Below are positions 49,554 to 60,344 of a stretch of 64,000 nucleotides of DNA, piece by piece (the stretch's first letter is position 1; the number at the start of each line of letters is the position of its first letter). Source of the DNA: Novosphingobium sp. (lineage in GTDB: Bacteria > Pseudomonadota > Alphaproteobacteria > Sphingomonadales > Sphingomonadaceae); contig JANPMA010000299.1 in the NCBI GenBank assembly GCA_031422595.1, positions 3,003 through 67,002 of the forward strand, given 5' to 3'. Under the pieces are notes generated by a model that saw nothing but the letters and a program-made list of their open reading frames with translations, was not told the DNA's origin and ran no database searches. Both the position numbers and the translations under genes were made by a program.

Positions 49554-51290
49554 ATGCGGATCTTGCGGGCAACGGTTTCACTGGCGGTATCGCTGGCCTT
49601 GGGCACCTCGCAGCTGGCTCAGGCCGCAGCCCCCGCGCCGGTCGCGGCCGAAAACGGCATGGTGGTCTCGGCCCACCACCTGGCCACCCAGGCCGGGATC
49701 GACGTGCTGAAAGGTGGCGGCAACGCGGTCGATGCCGCGGTCGCGGTGGCCTATGCCCTGGCGGTGACTTTTCCCGAGGCTGGCAACATCGGCGGCGGCG
49801 GGTTCATGACGATCCGGATGGCCGATGGCCGCACCAGCTTCATCGATTTCCGCGAGACCGCGCCGGGCAAGGCCACGGCGACGATGTATCAGGACAAGGC
49901 CGGCAATGTGATCCCCGGCCTGTCGACCCGCGGGCATCTGGCCGCCGGGATCCCCGGGACGGTCGCCGGGCTCGAGCTGGCCCGCACCAAATATGGCACA
50001 AAGGCGCGCGCCCCCCTGATGGCCCCCGCGATCGCGCTCGCCTCAAGGGGCTTCGTGCTCGACCAGGGCGATGCCGACATGCTCGCCGATGGCGCTGCCG
50101 ACTTTGCCAGGGACCCGGCCAGCGCGGCGATTTTCCTGAACCAGGGCAAGCCGTGGAAGAAGGGTCAACGCTGGGTCCAGGCCGACCTTGGCAAGACGCT
50201 GGCGGCGATTGCCCTGGGCGGCAACGCGGCGTTCTATCGCGGCCCGATCGCGGCGAAGATCGCGGCTTCCAGCCAGCGCCACGGCGGGATCATCACCGCG
50301 GCCGATTTCGCCGCCTACCGGGCGGTCGAGCGCAAACCGATCGAATGTGACTATCGCGGCTTTCGCGTGATCTCGGCCCCGCCGCCCAGCTCGGGCGGGG
50401 TGGTGCTGTGCGAGACGCTCAACATCATCGAAGGCTATCCGATGGGCGAGCTCGGGTTTCATTCGGCGCAAGGGGTCCACTACACCACCGAAGCCTTGCG
50501 CCGCGCCTTCCGCGATCGCAATATGGAACTGGGCGATCCCGATTTCGTGACAGCCGACGTGGCCCGGCTGACCAGCCAGGCCTATGCCGACAAGCTGCGC
50601 GCGGGGATCTCGCCCGACCAGGCGACGCCGTCCTCCAGCCTCCCCGGCCCGGGCGCGGGCAAGGAAGGGAAGAGCACCACCCACTTCTCGATTGTCGACA
50701 AAGCCGGCAACGCGGTCTCGCTGACCTATACGATCAACGACTGGTTCGGGGCCAGGGTTACCGCTGACGGCACCGGAATCCTGCTCAACAACGAGATGGA
50801 CGATTTCTCGGCCAAGCCGGGCTATCCCAACATGTATGGCCTCGTCGAAGGGGAAAACAACGCGATTGCCCCGGGTAAGCGACCGCTCTCTTCGATGACC
50901 CCGACGATCGTCACCCGGGGTAACGCTTTGGTGATGGTGGTGGGCACTCCGGGTGGCAGCCATATCCCCACCGGGGTGCTGCAAGTGATGGTCAATGTGA
51001 TCGATTACGACATGACCCTGACCGAAGCGGTCGATGCGCCCAGGATCCACGCCCAATGGCTGCCCGACGTGATCTACTACGAAAAGAACTCGCTCAGCGC
51101 CGATACAATGGCGGCATTGCAGGCCAAGGGTCACAAGCTTGAGCAGATGGACTACTGGAACCAGATCGCCGCGATCCTGGTCGGCGGCCCTTCGCTCAAG
51201 CTCAAGCCCAACCCTGCGACCGGCGACAAGGCGCGCTATTACGGCGCGATCGACCCGCGTCTGCCGGTGGGCAACGCCCGGGGCTACTGA
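49554..51290 (+). CDS. ggt: Gamma-glutamyltransferase
   Basis: ATG at 49554 follows GGGAGGA and lies downstream of the terminator. It has a signal peptide. The autoprocessing and catalytic region is GKSTTHFSIVDKAGNAVSLTYTIN, and PGGSHIP is present. Confidence 0.9.
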   Translation: MRILRATVSLAVSLALGTSQLAQAAAPAPVAAENGMVVSAHHLATQAGIDVLKGGGNAVDAAVAVAYALAVTFPEAGNIGGGGFMTIRMADGRTSFIDFRETAPGKATATMYQDKAGNVIPGLSTRGHLAAGIPGTVAGLELARTKYGTKARAPLMAPAIALASRGFVLDQGDADMLADGAADFARDPASAAIFLNQGKPWKKGQRWVQADLGKTLAAIALGGNAAFYRGPIAAKIAASSQRHGGIITAADFAAYRAVERKPIECDYRGFRVISAPPPSSGGVVLCETLNIIEGYPMGELGFHSAQGVHYTTEALRRAFRDRNMELGDPDFVTADVARLTSQAYADKLRAGISPDQATPSSSLPGPGAGKEGKSTTHFSIVDKAGNAVSLTYTINDWFGARVTADGTGILLNNEMDDFSAKPGYPNMYGLVEGENNAIAPGKRPLSSMTPTIVTRGNALVMVVGTPGGSHIPTGVLQVMVNVIDYDMTLTEAVDAPRIHAQWLPDVIYYEKNSLSADTMAALQAKGHKLEQMDYWNQIAAILVGGPSLKLKPNPATGDKARYYGAIDPRLPVGNARGY

Positions 51291-51291
51291 C

Positions 51292-51825
51292 GTGACGCTG
51301 ACCCACCGCCTTGCCACCGAAGCGGATCTGCCGCGCCTCAACGCGCTGATGACCCGTTCGATCGAGCAATTGCAGGACGGCTTCCTCACCCCCGAACAGG
51401 TCCGCGCCAGCCACAAGGTGATGGGGCTCGATACCCAGCTGGTCAAGGATCGCAGCTACTTCCTGGTCGAGGAGGACGGGCAGCTCGCGGGCTGCGGCGG
51501 CTGGTCGTTCCGCGCAACGCTCTATGGCGGCGACGACAGCGTGGTGGCGCGCGAACCGGCCCGGCTCGATCCGGCGTGCGACGCGGCCAAGGTTCGCGCG
51601 ATGTACACCGACCCGGCCTTCGCCCGGCGCGGGATCGGCCGCCTGGTGCTGGCCCTGTGCGAGGGGGCGGCGCGCGAGGCCGGCTTTGCGCGGGTCGAGC
51701 TGATGGGCACCCTGTCGGGCGTGCCGCTCTACACCGCCTGCGGCTATATCGGGGTCGAGCATGTGCTCTCGGCCCCGATCGCCGGGATCAGGGTGCCATT
51801 GCTGCGGATGGAAAAGGCGCTATAG
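51292..51825 (+). CDS. GNAT-family N-acetyltransferase
   Basis: The GTG lies 2 nt after the ggt stop. Contains FARRGIGRLVL, the acetyl-CoA binding motif. 177 aa. Confidence 0.7.
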   Translation: MTLTHRLATEADLPRLNALMTRSIEQLQDGFLTPEQVRASHKVMGLDTQLVKDRSYFLVEEDGQLAGCGGWSFRATLYGGDDSVVAREPARLDPACDAAKVRAMYTDPAFARRGIGRLVLALCEGAAREAGFARVELMGTLSGVPLYTACGYIGVEHVLSAPIAGIRVPLLRMEKAL

Positions 51826-51834
51826 CGCGCCGCG

Positions 51835-52728
51835 ATGCATTCTTACCCCGCCCCTGCGCTCGTCCGTGTCGAGCAAATGGTCGCCGCTGCGGCCCAGGAT
51901 CCAGCGCGCGCGATAGCGTTCCAGGGCGCGCCGGGGTGCAATGGCCATCGCGCCGCGCAGGAGTGCGATCCTCAGTGCCTGCCGCTGCCCTGCTTCAGCT
52001 TCGAAGACGCGCTTGAGGCGGTGAAAGACGGCCGCGCCGCCCGGGCGATCATCCCGATCGAAAATTCGCAGCACGGGCGGGTTGCCGATATCCATTTCCT
52101 GCTGCCCGAAAGCGGGCTTTCGATCGTGGGGGAGCATTTCATGGCGATCCATCACGATCTGATGGCGCTTGGCGAAGGCCCCTTCACCGCCGCCTATTCG
52201 CACCCCCAGGCGCTCGGCCAGTCGCGCCATTTCCTGCGGACCCGCGGGATCGTGCCGATGGCCTATGCCGACACCGCAGGCGCAGCAGCCTATGTCGCGG
52301 AAATGGGCGATCCCCAGGCCTGCGCGATCGCCCCGAAGATTGCCGCCGAGCTCTATGGCCTCAAGATCGTCGCCGAAAATGTCGAGGATGCGGCGGACAA
52401 CATGACCCGCTTCGTGGTGCTCTCGCGCCAGCCGCTTGATCCCGCCAGCCTTGGCACCCGGACCGCGATGACCACGTTCGTGTTCGAGGTGAAGAACGTC
52501 CCCGCCGCGCTCTACAAGGCGATGGGCGGGTTCGCCACCAACGGGGTCAACATGACCAAGCTGGAAAGCTACCAGAAGGGGGCGAGCTTTTCGGCGACCA
52601 CGTTCTATGCCGATATTGTCGGCGCGCCGGGCGATCCGGCGGTTGACCGCGCGCTGGAAGAACTGGCGTTCCATTGCAAGGAACTGACAGTGTTGGGAAG
52701 CTACCCGCAGGAACGGGCCCGCGGTTGA
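51835..52728 (+). CDS. pheA: Prephenate dehydratase
   Basis: Contains IAFQGAPGCNGH, PIENSQHGRV and TRFVVL, with a C-terminal ACT region (TFVFEVKNVPAALYKAMGGFA). The start could be the ATG at 51877. Confidence 0.85.
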   Translation: MHSYPAPALVRVEQMVAAAAQDPARAIAFQGAPGCNGHRAAQECDPQCLPLPCFSFEDALEAVKDGRAARAIIPIENSQHGRVADIHFLLPESGLSIVGEHFMAIHHDLMALGEGPFTAAYSHPQALGQSRHFLRTRGIVPMAYADTAGAAAYVAEMGDPQACAIAPKIAAELYGLKIVAENVEDAADNMTRFVVLSRQPLDPASLGTRTAMTTFVFEVKNVPAALYKAMGGFATNGVNMTKLESYQKGASFSATTFYADIVGAPGDPAVDRALEELAFHCKELTVLGSYPQERARG

Positions 52729-52752
52729 CCCTCTTTTCTTGGCGACACCTTC

Positions 52753-53451
52753 TTGCCGAGTGCACTCCGCCATGCCACCAGTAGCACTGTGAGCGCACCG
52801 GAACCGGCCATCAAGGGGGCACAAGTGGCACAGGACGCTGCGAGCGCGTGGCAGAAGGTGCACGCCGACCCCTCGATCCAGTTCGCGCCGATCGACCTCA
52901 ACACCAAGCCGCCCGAAATTCCCGGTTGGCTGCAGGCGCTGGGCAAGTTCCTGCGCGCGGTGTTCGAGCCGATCGGCCGCGCGTTGGGGGTGTCGTGGCC
53001 GGTGCTGCAATGGATCCTGCTGGCAGTGGTGGCCGCCTTCATCCTCTACGCCGCCTGGCGCTTTTCCGAGCCGCTGCGACTGGGCTGGAAGAAGAAGGAA
53101 CAGGCCGCAACCAAAAGCGAATGGCGGCCCGACGAGGCCGAGGCGCTGGCCTTGCTTGAAGATGCCGACCGGCTCGCCGCCGAGGGCAAGTTCGATGAGG
53201 CCACCCACCTGCTGCTGCGCCGCTCGGTCCAGCAGATCCAGGCCGCGCGGCCCGACTGGGTCCGCCGCGCCAGCACCGCGCGCGAGATCGCCGGGATCGC
53301 TGCCTTGCCCGACAAGGCCCGCGGCGCCTTTGCCACAATCACCGCGCGGGTCGAACGCAGCCTGTTCGCGCTGCGCAGCCTCGATGCGGCGGACTGGCAG
53401 GCGGCGCGCAATGCCTATGCCGAATTCGCGCTGGAGCGCCTGCCGTCGTGA
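52753..53451 (+). CDS. DUF4129-like membrane protein
   Basis: One TM (WILLAVVAAFILYAAW) precedes a helical C-terminal domain (EGKFDEATHLLLRRSV...TAREIA). It comes first in the MoxR cluster. Confidence 0.55.
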   Translation: MPSALRHATSSTVSAPEPAIKGAQVAQDAASAWQKVHADPSIQFAPIDLNTKPPEIPGWLQALGKFLRAVFEPIGRALGVSWPVLQWILLAVVAAFILYAAWRFSEPLRLGWKKKEQAATKSEWRPDEAEALALLEDADRLAAEGKFDEATHLLLRRSVQQIQAARPDWVRRASTAREIAGIAALPDKARGAFATITARVERSLFALRSLDAADWQAARNAYAEFALERLPS

Positions 53452-54902
53452 GTTCGCGGGCCGCCAGTCCTTTTTCGCCGCGCACCGCGCTGGCGCTGGT
53501 GCTGGTCGGCGCGCTGGCCTTTGTCGCGCTGCTCTGGACAATCGGCTCGGGCATGGCCGATGGCGAGCCCAAGGCCTTGGGCGGGCATGCAGGCGGCAAG
53601 GGGCTCAACGGCTATTCGGCGCTGTACCAGTACCTTGAGGCGCGCAATTTCACGGTCAGCAAGGTCCAGTCGCGCGGCGCACTGGGGCGCGGCGGGGTGC
53701 TGGTGCTGACCCCCAGCCACCAGACCACTATCAGCGAGATCAAGCAGGTCGTCGAAGCTCACCGCTTTATCGGGCCGACGATCCTGATCATGCCCAAATG
53801 GCTGGCGCTGCCACTGCCCAAGCGGCTGAACCCCAAGATCAAGGACGGCTTCGTCGCGCTGCTTGAGCCGCAAGTTCCCGACTGGAAGGGTTTTCATGAC
53901 GAGATCGGGCTCGACCTGGGCCCGCTCGGCCAGAATTCGGCGCCGAAGGAGTGGCGCGGATTTGGCCTCGCCGCGGCGATGCCCGATGCCAGGCAAGTGA
54001 TCTGGGCGCGCGGCGGGCGCTTGGTTCCGCTGATCGAGGCCGGACCGAAGGACCGGCTGCTGGCGGGTTATCTGGCCGACGGCGGCGACTACCCTGGCTT
54101 GCGCGAGGAAGCCCTGGCGGCCGAGCCCGAACCCCTCGTTGAAGAGGGCCCGGGTGCGGACTCTCCGGCCGAAGGCGAGGCGCCGGTCATGGATCCCGAT
54201 GCAATCGATGCCGGCGTCGAAGCCTTGCCGATCGAAGAACTGCAAGCCGCCGCGCCGGCACCGCTCCCGATCGATATCAAACCGACTGAGACCTATGAAG
54301 ATGCCTATCCGCTGATCCTGGTCTTCGATGCCGACCTGTTCAACAACTACGGCATGGCGCGCATGCCCAATGCCTTGATGGCCGAACGATTGATCAATGC
54401 GGCGCTCGACGGCGAGGACAGGCAGGTGGTCTTCGACCTCACGCTGGCGGGATATGCCCGCTCGGAAAACCTGCTCGAACTGGCTTTCACCCCGCCGTTC
54501 CTGGCTGCAACCCTGTGCCTGCTGCTGGCCGCCGCAGTGGCGCTGTGGCGGGCCTATTTCCGCTTCGGCCCGGCGCTGATTACCGGGCGCAGCCTGGCCT
54601 TCGGCAAGCGCGCGCTGGTTGCCAATGCCGCCGGGCTGCTGCGCCGGGCCAAGCGGTTGCACCTGGTCGGCGCGCCCTATGCCGATGCCGCGCGCGAGCG
54701 GATGGTGAGAGCGTTGGCGCTGCCCCACAGGCTCGATGCGGCGGCTGCCGAACTGGCGATCGACCGCGCGCTGGCGGCGCGTGATCCCGCCGCCGTGCCA
54801 TTTTCAGAGGCTGCCGGTGCCTTGCGCGCCGCCAAGGGCCCGCGCGACATGCTGCGCGCCGCCCAAGTGCTCCATTCGCTTGAAAGGATCCTGACGCGAT
54901 GA
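53448..54902 (+). CDS. DUF4350-like membrane-anchored protein
   Basis: N-terminal TM, then [16 protein letters not shown], and a C-terminal TM. The start overlaps the upstream stop. Confidence 0.5.
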   Translation: MSSRAASPFSPRTALALVLVGALAFVALLWTIGSGMADGEPKALGGHAGGKGLNGYSALYQYLEARNFTVSKVQSRGALGRGGVLVLTPSHQTTISEIKQVVEAHRFIGPTILIMPKWLALPLPKRLNPKIKDGFVALLEPQVPDWKGFHDEIGLDLGPLGQNSAPKEWRGFGLAAAMPDARQVIWARGGRLVPLIEAGPKDRLLAGYLADGGDYPGLREEALAAEPEPLVEEGPGADSPAEGEAPVMDPDAIDAGVEALPIEELQAAAPAPLPIDIKPTETYEDAYPLILVFDADLFNNYGMARMPNALMAERLINAALDGEDRQVVFDLTLAGYARSENLLELAFTPPFLAATLCLLLAAAVALWRAYFRFGPALITGRSLAFGKRALVANAAGLLRRAKRLHLVGAPYADAARERMVRALALPHRLDAAAAELAIDRALAARDPAAVPFSEAAGALRAAKGPRDMLRAAQVLHSLERILTR

Positions 54903-55870
54903 CTGAAGCAACGATGACCCTGGCCGAGGTTGGCAACCTGGCCGTGCGGATCAGGGGCCAGGTGGCCAAGGGCGTGATTGGCCAGGCCGGGACGGTCGAT
55001 GCGCTGCTGATCGCGCTGCTGGCGCAAGGCCACGTGCTGCTCGAAGGCCCGCCGGGCACCGCCAAGACTTTCCTGGCGCAGTGCTTTGCCGCCAGCCTGG
55101 GGCTCGATTTCGGGCGGATCCAGTTCACCCCCGATCTGATGCCGGGCGATATCCTGGGCTCCAACCTGTTCAACTTCCAGACCAGCGCGTTCACCCTGAC
55201 CCGCGGGCCGATCTTCTGCGATCTGTTGCTGGCCGACGAAATCAACCGCACCCCGCCCAAGACCCAGGCCGCGCTCTTGGAAGCGATGCAGGAACGCCGC
55301 GTCACGCTCGATGGCACCGCGCATGCGCTGCCGCCCAGCTTCATGGTGGTGGCAACGCAGAACCCGATCGAAAGCCAGGGGGTCTATCCCTTGCCCGAAG
55401 CCCAGCTCGACCGGTTCCTGTTCAAGCTGCTGGTGCCCTATCCCAGCGCGGCCGAGGAAGCGAAGATCGTCAGCACCTTTGGCCTCCGCGCCGGCCCCTC
55501 GCGACCCGCTGACATGGGAGTCGAAGCCGTGGCCGACGCGGAAACGCTCGGCTCTGCCGCGCGCGCAGTAAAGGGGATCACCCTGGCTGACAGCGTGATC
55601 GACTATATCGTGCGGCTGATCCGCGCCACCCGTGAAAGCGCCGACCTTTCAGCCGGGGCAAGCCCGCGCGCTGCGGTGCTGCTGGCCAACGCCGCCCGCG
55701 CCCGCGCCGCGATCGAAGCGCGCGACTATGTCCTGCCCGACGACGTCAAGGCGCTCGCCGCCCCGGTGCTGCGCCACCGCCTGCTGCTGAGCCCGGCGGC
55801 GGAGATCGAAGGCAAGCAGGTCGAAGCGCTGGTCGCCGATCTGGTCGAAAGCACCGAGGCACCGCGCTGA
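54899..55870 (+). CDS. MoxR-family AAA+ ATPase
   Basis: Walker A is [13 protein letters not shown], Walker B is LLADEINR, and VVATQNP is present. Confidence 0.9.
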   Translation: MTEATMTLAEVGNLAVRIRGQVAKGVIGQAGTVDALLIALLAQGHVLLEGPPGTAKTFLAQCFAASLGLDFGRIQFTPDLMPGDILGSNLFNFQTSAFTLTRGPIFCDLLLADEINRTPPKTQAALLEAMQERRVTLDGTAHALPPSFMVVATQNPIESQGVYPLPEAQLDRFLFKLLVPYPSAAEEAKIVSTFGLRAGPSRPADMGVEAVADAETLGSAARAVKGITLADSVIDYIVRLIRATRESADLSAGASPRAAVLLANAARARAAIEARDYVLPDDVKALAAPVLRHRLLLSPAAEIEGKQVEALVADLVESTEAPR

Positions 55871-55874
55871 TCCC

Positions 55875-57215
55875 ATGACCGAGCGCGCCACCTTTGTCCC
55901 CACCCCCCGCGCCGCGCTGCTGGTCGCAGCGGCGGCGCCGGTGGCCTTGCTGCTGGCGGTGTTCGTGCCCGGCAGCTGGGCCGCTGCGCCGGCCCTGGGG
56001 ACCGCGGTGCTGGCCTTGGTGCTGCTCGACGCGCTGCTGGCGGGCCGGGCCGAGGATGTGCGGCTGACGATCATTCCCGATGTCGAAGTGGGCGAGGAAG
56101 GCTGGTTGCAGCTGTTCGCGCGCTTCACCCGCGGCTGGCGCAGCAAGGTTCACTGTGCGCTGGCCAGCGACGAACGGCTGCTGCCCGGCGGGCGCGCCGA
56201 ACATTCGCTGTTCCGGCTGGAAGACGGGGCCTGGCAAGTCGCGATCGGCTATCGCCCGACCCGCCGCGGAACCGGCGAGATCGAGGAAATGTGGCTGCGC
56301 TGGGCGGGTCCGCTGGGGCTGGGTGCGCGGCAGCTGAGGAAGCCGGTTGAACAGGAGGTGCGGGTCTGGCCCAATCTCGCCCCGGTCCGCTCACCCAGCT
56401 TGCAGGCCTTCCTGCGCAATGCCGAGTTCGGCCTGATCGCGCGACGGATCCGCGGCGAGGGGACGATGTTCGAGGCGCTGTCCGAATACCAGCCGGGGAT
56501 GGACCGGCGCCGGATCGACTGGAAGGCCAGCGCCCGCCACTCGCACCTCTACGTCAAGGAGTACGAGGCCGAGCGCAACAACCAGATCGTCTTCGCTTTC
56601 GATTGCGGGCAGGCGATGTGCGAGCCGGTCGGCGGCCAAAGCGACCCGATCCCCCGGATCGACCGCGCGGTCACTGCGGCGCTGACCACCGCCTATGTCG
56701 CGCTGAAAGGCGGCGACAAAGTCGCGCTGTTTGGCTTTGCTGCGCGGCCTGAATTGTTTACCCCGTTCGTCACCGATGCGCGCGATTTTCGCCGCTTGCA
56801 ACAGGCCGCCGCCGGGCTCGATTATCACGCCCAGGAACCCAATTTCACTTTGGCCCTGGCGACGCTGGCCGGGCGGCTGCAGCGCCGCAGTCTGGTGGTG
56901 GTGTTCTCCGATTTCACCGATCCAACCAGCGCCCAGCTGATGATCGAAAGCATCGGGCGGTTGACCAAGCGCCACCTGGTGCTGTTCGTCACCATGCTCG
57001 ACGAAGAGCTGGAAGGCATGGCGCAGGACGATCCGCAAGACCTGCAGCGCCTCGCCATGTCGGTTTCGGCAGATAGTCTACTGCGCCAGCGCGCGCTGGT
57101 GCTCTCGCAGCTGCGCCAGCTCGGCGTCGATGTAATCGAGGCCAGGCACGACCGGATCGGCACGCGACTGATCGATTCATACCTCGCGATCAAGCGCAAG
57201 GGCGCGATCGGGTGA
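55875..57215 (+). CDS. DUF58 (vWA-like) protein
   Basis: Contains RRIDWKASARHSHLYVKEYEAERN, the hallmark DUF58 motif, then a vWA-like region (IVFAFDCGQAM). Confidence 0.85.
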   Translation: MTERATFVPTPRAALLVAAAAPVALLLAVFVPGSWAAAPALGTAVLALVLLDALLAGRAEDVRLTIIPDVEVGEEGWLQLFARFTRGWRSKVHCALASDERLLPGGRAEHSLFRLEDGAWQVAIGYRPTRRGTGEIEEMWLRWAGPLGLGARQLRKPVEQEVRVWPNLAPVRSPSLQAFLRNAEFGLIARRIRGEGTMFEALSEYQPGMDRRRIDWKASARHSHLYVKEYEAERNNQIVFAFDCGQAMCEPVGGQSDPIPRIDRAVTAALTTAYVALKGGDKVALFGFAARPELFTPFVTDARDFRRLQQAAAGLDYHAQEPNFTLALATLAGRLQRRSLVVVFSDFTDPTSAQLMIESIGRLTKRHLVLFVTMLDEELEGMAQDDPQDLQRLAMSVSADSLLRQRALVLSQLRQLGVDVIEARHDRIGTRLIDSYLAIKRKGAIG

Positions 57216-57228
57216 CAAGGGAACGGTA

Positions 57229-58281
57229 ATGGCAATCTTTTCCCTCTCCAAGGAGGCCAAGAGCGAAGCCGCGATCGAGGCGGCGGCGCTGCGCAGTGAC
57301 CGCTTCCGGCAGGAACGCGAGCCGGACTGGAAGCGGCTTGAGGCAATCGTCACGCGGATGGAAAAGGGCCGCCTGCGCCGGATCAGCGATGCCGACGTGC
57401 TGGCTTTGCCGGTGCTTTACCGCACGGTTGCCTCCAGCCTGTCGGTGGCGCGCGAAACTTCACTCGATGCGGCAACGCTGGCCTACCTGGAAAGCCTGGT
57501 CCAGCGCGCCTGGTTCCTGGTCTATGGCCCGCGCACCACATTATGGTCGTGGCTGGGGCGCTTCTTCGGCGGTGAATGGAGCCGCGCGGTGCGCTCGATC
57601 TGGAAGGAAATGGCGGTTGCCCTGGCGCTGATGGTGGCCGGCACGGTGATCGGCTGGCAGCTCTGCGCGATGGATCCCGATTGGTACTATGCGCTGTTCC
57701 CCGCCGAAGGCGGCGATCCGCGCGTGCCTGGGGCCAGCGCCGAGGCGCTGAAAGAGGTGATGTTCGGCAAGGAGGGCAAGGACGGGCTGAGCGTGTTCGC
57801 AGCCAGCCTGTTCAGCCACAATGCCGGGGTGGCGATCCTGTGCTTTGCCTTGGGCTTTGCCTTCGGGATCCCGCCGCTGCTGCTGCTGATCCAGAACACC
57901 ACCCTGCTGGGGGCCCTGCTGTGGCTGCACGATGAACAGGGGCTGCTGATCGACATTGTCGGCTGGCTGTCGATCCATGGCACCACCGAACTGTTCGCGA
58001 TCCTGCTGGCCGGAGCAGCCGGGCTGCATGTCGGGCGCTCGATGGCCTTTCCCGGCGACCGTTCGGTGCTGGAGGCGGCCGCTGCCGCGGGCCAGCGCGC
58101 GGCGGTGGTGATGGCGGGTGTGGTCCTGATGCTGGTCTGCGCCGGGATGCTCGAAGGGCTGGGCCGCCAGCTGATCAACGATACCACCCAGCGGCTGGTG
58201 GTGGGCTATGCGATCCTGGCTTTCTGGCTGGCCTACTTCTTCCTGTTTCACCGCGTGCCCGCGACGAGCGACGCCGAATGA
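57229..58281 (+). CDS. SpoIIM-like (DUF95) integral membrane protein
   Basis: Contains SHNAGVAILCFALGFAFGIP and IHGTTELFAILLAGAAGL. Confidence 0.7.
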   Translation: MAIFSLSKEAKSEAAIEAAALRSDRFRQEREPDWKRLEAIVTRMEKGRLRRISDADVLALPVLYRTVASSLSVARETSLDAATLAYLESLVQRAWFLVYGPRTTLWSWLGRFFGGEWSRAVRSIWKEMAVALALMVAGTVIGWQLCAMDPDWYYALFPAEGGDPRVPGASAEALKEVMFGKEGKDGLSVFAASLFSHNAGVAILCFALGFAFGIPPLLLLIQNTTLLGALLWLHDEQGLLIDIVGWLSIHGTTELFAILLAGAAGLHVGRSMAFPGDRSVLEAAAAAGQRAAVVMAGVVLMLVCAGMLEGLGRQLINDTTQRLVVGYAILAFWLAYFFLFHRVPATSDAE

Positions 58282-59195
58282 GCACGGCGCAGCCCAAGCG
58301 ATCCGACCGACGGCGCACCTTGGTCACGCCCGAGGGAATCGCGCTGCCGCTGGTCTTGGCCAGCCGCGGAACCCGCTTTGGCGCGCTGCTGATCGACCTG
58401 GTGATCATCGTGCTGGCGGTGATTCTGATCACCGCCGCGGCGATCTATTCAGGGGTCGGGCTGCTGGGGATGGCGGGCAAGGAATTCGACAAGCTTGAAG
58501 GCTCGGTCAAATACAGCCTCGAATTCCTGGTGATCCTCTACATCGCGGTGATGTTCCTGTTCCGCCACGGCTATTTCCTGTTTTTCGAGCTGGGCGCACG
58601 CGGGGCGACGCCGGGCAAGCGGGCCACCGGGATCCGGGTCGCGGCGCGCGGCGGCGGGCGGCTTTCAACCGAGATGGTGCTGGCCCGCAACCTGTTGCGC
58701 GATGTCGAGCTGATCCTGCCGATCGCGGCGATCTTCAGCGTGCTGGACGGGGGCGGGGTCACTGCGTGGATAGCGCTGGCCTGGCTGGCAGTCTTCGCGC
58801 TGTTCCCGTTCTTCAACCACGACCGGCTGCGGGCGGGCGACCTGGTGGCCGGGACCTGGGTGGTCGAAGCCCCCAAGAGCAAGCTTGAGGTCGCGCTGAG
58901 CACCGGCGAGACCGCGGCGAGCGGGACCAGCCGGGCGACCGGCGCTTCGTACAGGTTCGGCGAGGAGGAGCTGGCGATCTATGGCGAGTACGAGCTGCAG
59001 ACACTCGAACGCGTGCTGCGCGAAAACCGGAGCGAAGCATTGGTCGCGGTGCACGAGGCGATCTGCCGCAAGATCGGCTGGAACCCCGGCACCGGCGACG
59101 AACGCGCCTTCCTCGAGGCCTATTACACCCAGCTGCGCGCGCGACTGGAATCGGGCATGCGGATGGGCCAGCGCAAGGCCGACAAGCATGCCTGA
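58278..59195 (+). CDS. RDD-family membrane protein
   Basis: Contains ASRGTRFGALLIDLVIIVL (RDD-type N-terminus) and ATPGKRATGIRV. Confidence 0.75.
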   Translation: MSTAQPKRSDRRRTLVTPEGIALPLVLASRGTRFGALLIDLVIIVLAVILITAAAIYSGVGLLGMAGKEFDKLEGSVKYSLEFLVILYIAVMFLFRHGYFLFFELGARGATPGKRATGIRVAARGGGRLSTEMVLARNLLRDVELILPIAAIFSVLDGGGVTAWIALAWLAVFALFPFFNHDRLRAGDLVAGTWVVEAPKSKLEVALSTGETAASGTSRATGASYRFGEEELAIYGEYELQTLERVLRENRSEALVAVHEAICRKIGWNPGTGDERAFLEAYYTQLRARLESGMRMGQRKADKHA

Positions 59196-59205
59196 AGGCA
59201 GGCCG

Positions 59206-59239
59206 AATCCATAGGCGGCAAAACTGCCGCCTATGGATT
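59206..59239. terminator. Bidirectional hairpin terminator between convergent genes
   Basis: aatccataggcggca (59206-59220) pairs with tgccgcctatggatt (59225-59239) around the loop aaac. The 15-bp stem is perfect. Confidence 0.6.
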
Positions 59240-59254
59240 GTCGCGGCTATCCCG

Positions 59255-59698
59255 TTACTTGAAGGTCAGCACTTGCCAGAGCTGCGAACCCAGCTGATGG
59301 CGATATTTCGCGCGATCGGCCGAGGCCGCTTCCAGCTGGACGTCGGTCTGCTTCATGTAGGCCCGCGCAGTGGCATCGCGCTTTTGCTGTTCGGCTGTAT
59401 CCGGCAGCGATTTGAAGCGCGTCACCAGGATAAGATCCGGCTCGCCGGGCCGCTTGTTGACATTGGCCAGCACTTCATAGCCGGTGATCCAGCCTTGCGA
59501 TTTGGCATATTCCTGCCGGGCCTTCCAGGTGCCCGCGAGGAAGTTGGCATAGTCGAGGTAGTGGCCGTCATCGATCGTGATCGAGCCGACCTCGACATAG
59601 TCGCCGGGCACCATCGGATCGTTCTGCGCGGCCACCGGCGCGGCAAATACCAACGCAAGCGAAGCGGCCAGAATGGCCGCACGACGTAGTGGTTTCAT
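59255..59698 (-). CDS. Secreted hypothetical protein
   Basis: 147 aa with a signal peptide (AAILAASLALVFAAPVAAQ). I did not recognise any family. Confidence 0.6.
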   Translation of the reverse strand: MKPLRRAAILAASLALVFAAPVAAQNDPMVPGDYVEVGSITIDDGHYLDYANFLAGTWKARQEYAKSQGWITGYEVLANVNKRPGEPDLILVTRFKSLPDTAEQQKRDATARAYMKQTDVQLEAASADRAKYRHQLGSQLWQVLTFK

Positions 59699-59876
59699 GG
59701 GTCTAGTCCTCCTGACAGGCAGGCCAGAACAACCATTTGTCTGGCGAGCCCTGCACCCGGGGACGGGCGACCCCCCCCAACAGGGACGCCTCCAAGTCCG
59801 GGAATGCTATTCCTCACTCTGGGCAGAGTCAAATCGCGCGCACTTGCCAGATTGCGCCGCATCAATAGAGACAGCG

Positions 59877-60344
59877 ATGATGACCAGCTACCGCATTGCC
59901 GAAGACGACCTGACCGGGCCTGAGATCGCCGCGCTGCTGACGCTGCACCTGACCGAGATGCACGCCTGGTCACCGCCCGAATCGGTCCACGCGCTGCCGA
60001 TCGAGCGGCTGCGCGCAGCCGATGTCACGTTTTACTCCGCCTGGCACGGCGAAGTTCTCGCAGCCTGCGGGGCGATCAAGGACCTGGGCGATGGGACCGG
60101 CGAGCTCAAATCGATGCGCGCCGATCCGGCCTGGCGCGGCAAAGGCGCGGGCAAGGCGGTGCTGGCGCACCTGCTCAGCGTCGCGCGGGCGCGAGACTAT
60201 TCGCGGGTAAGCCTCGAAACCGGGCGGCCCGAACCTTTCCTTCCTGCACGCAGGCTCTATGAAAGCCATGGCTTTGTGGAATGCCCGCCCTTCGCCCAGT
60301 ACCGCGAAGACCCGTTCTCGATCTGCATGACCCTGGAACTATGA
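59877..60344 (+). CDS. GNAT-family N-acetyltransferase
   Basis: Starts MMTSYRIAEDDL. Contains WRGKGAGKAVLAHLL, the acetyl-CoA motif. Confidence 0.75.
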   Translation: MMTSYRIAEDDLTGPEIAALLTLHLTEMHAWSPPESVHALPIERLRAADVTFYSAWHGEVLAACGAIKDLGDGTGELKSMRADPAWRGKGAGKAVLAHLLSVARARDYSRVSLETGRPEPFLPARRLYESHGFVECPPFAQYREDPFSICMTLEL

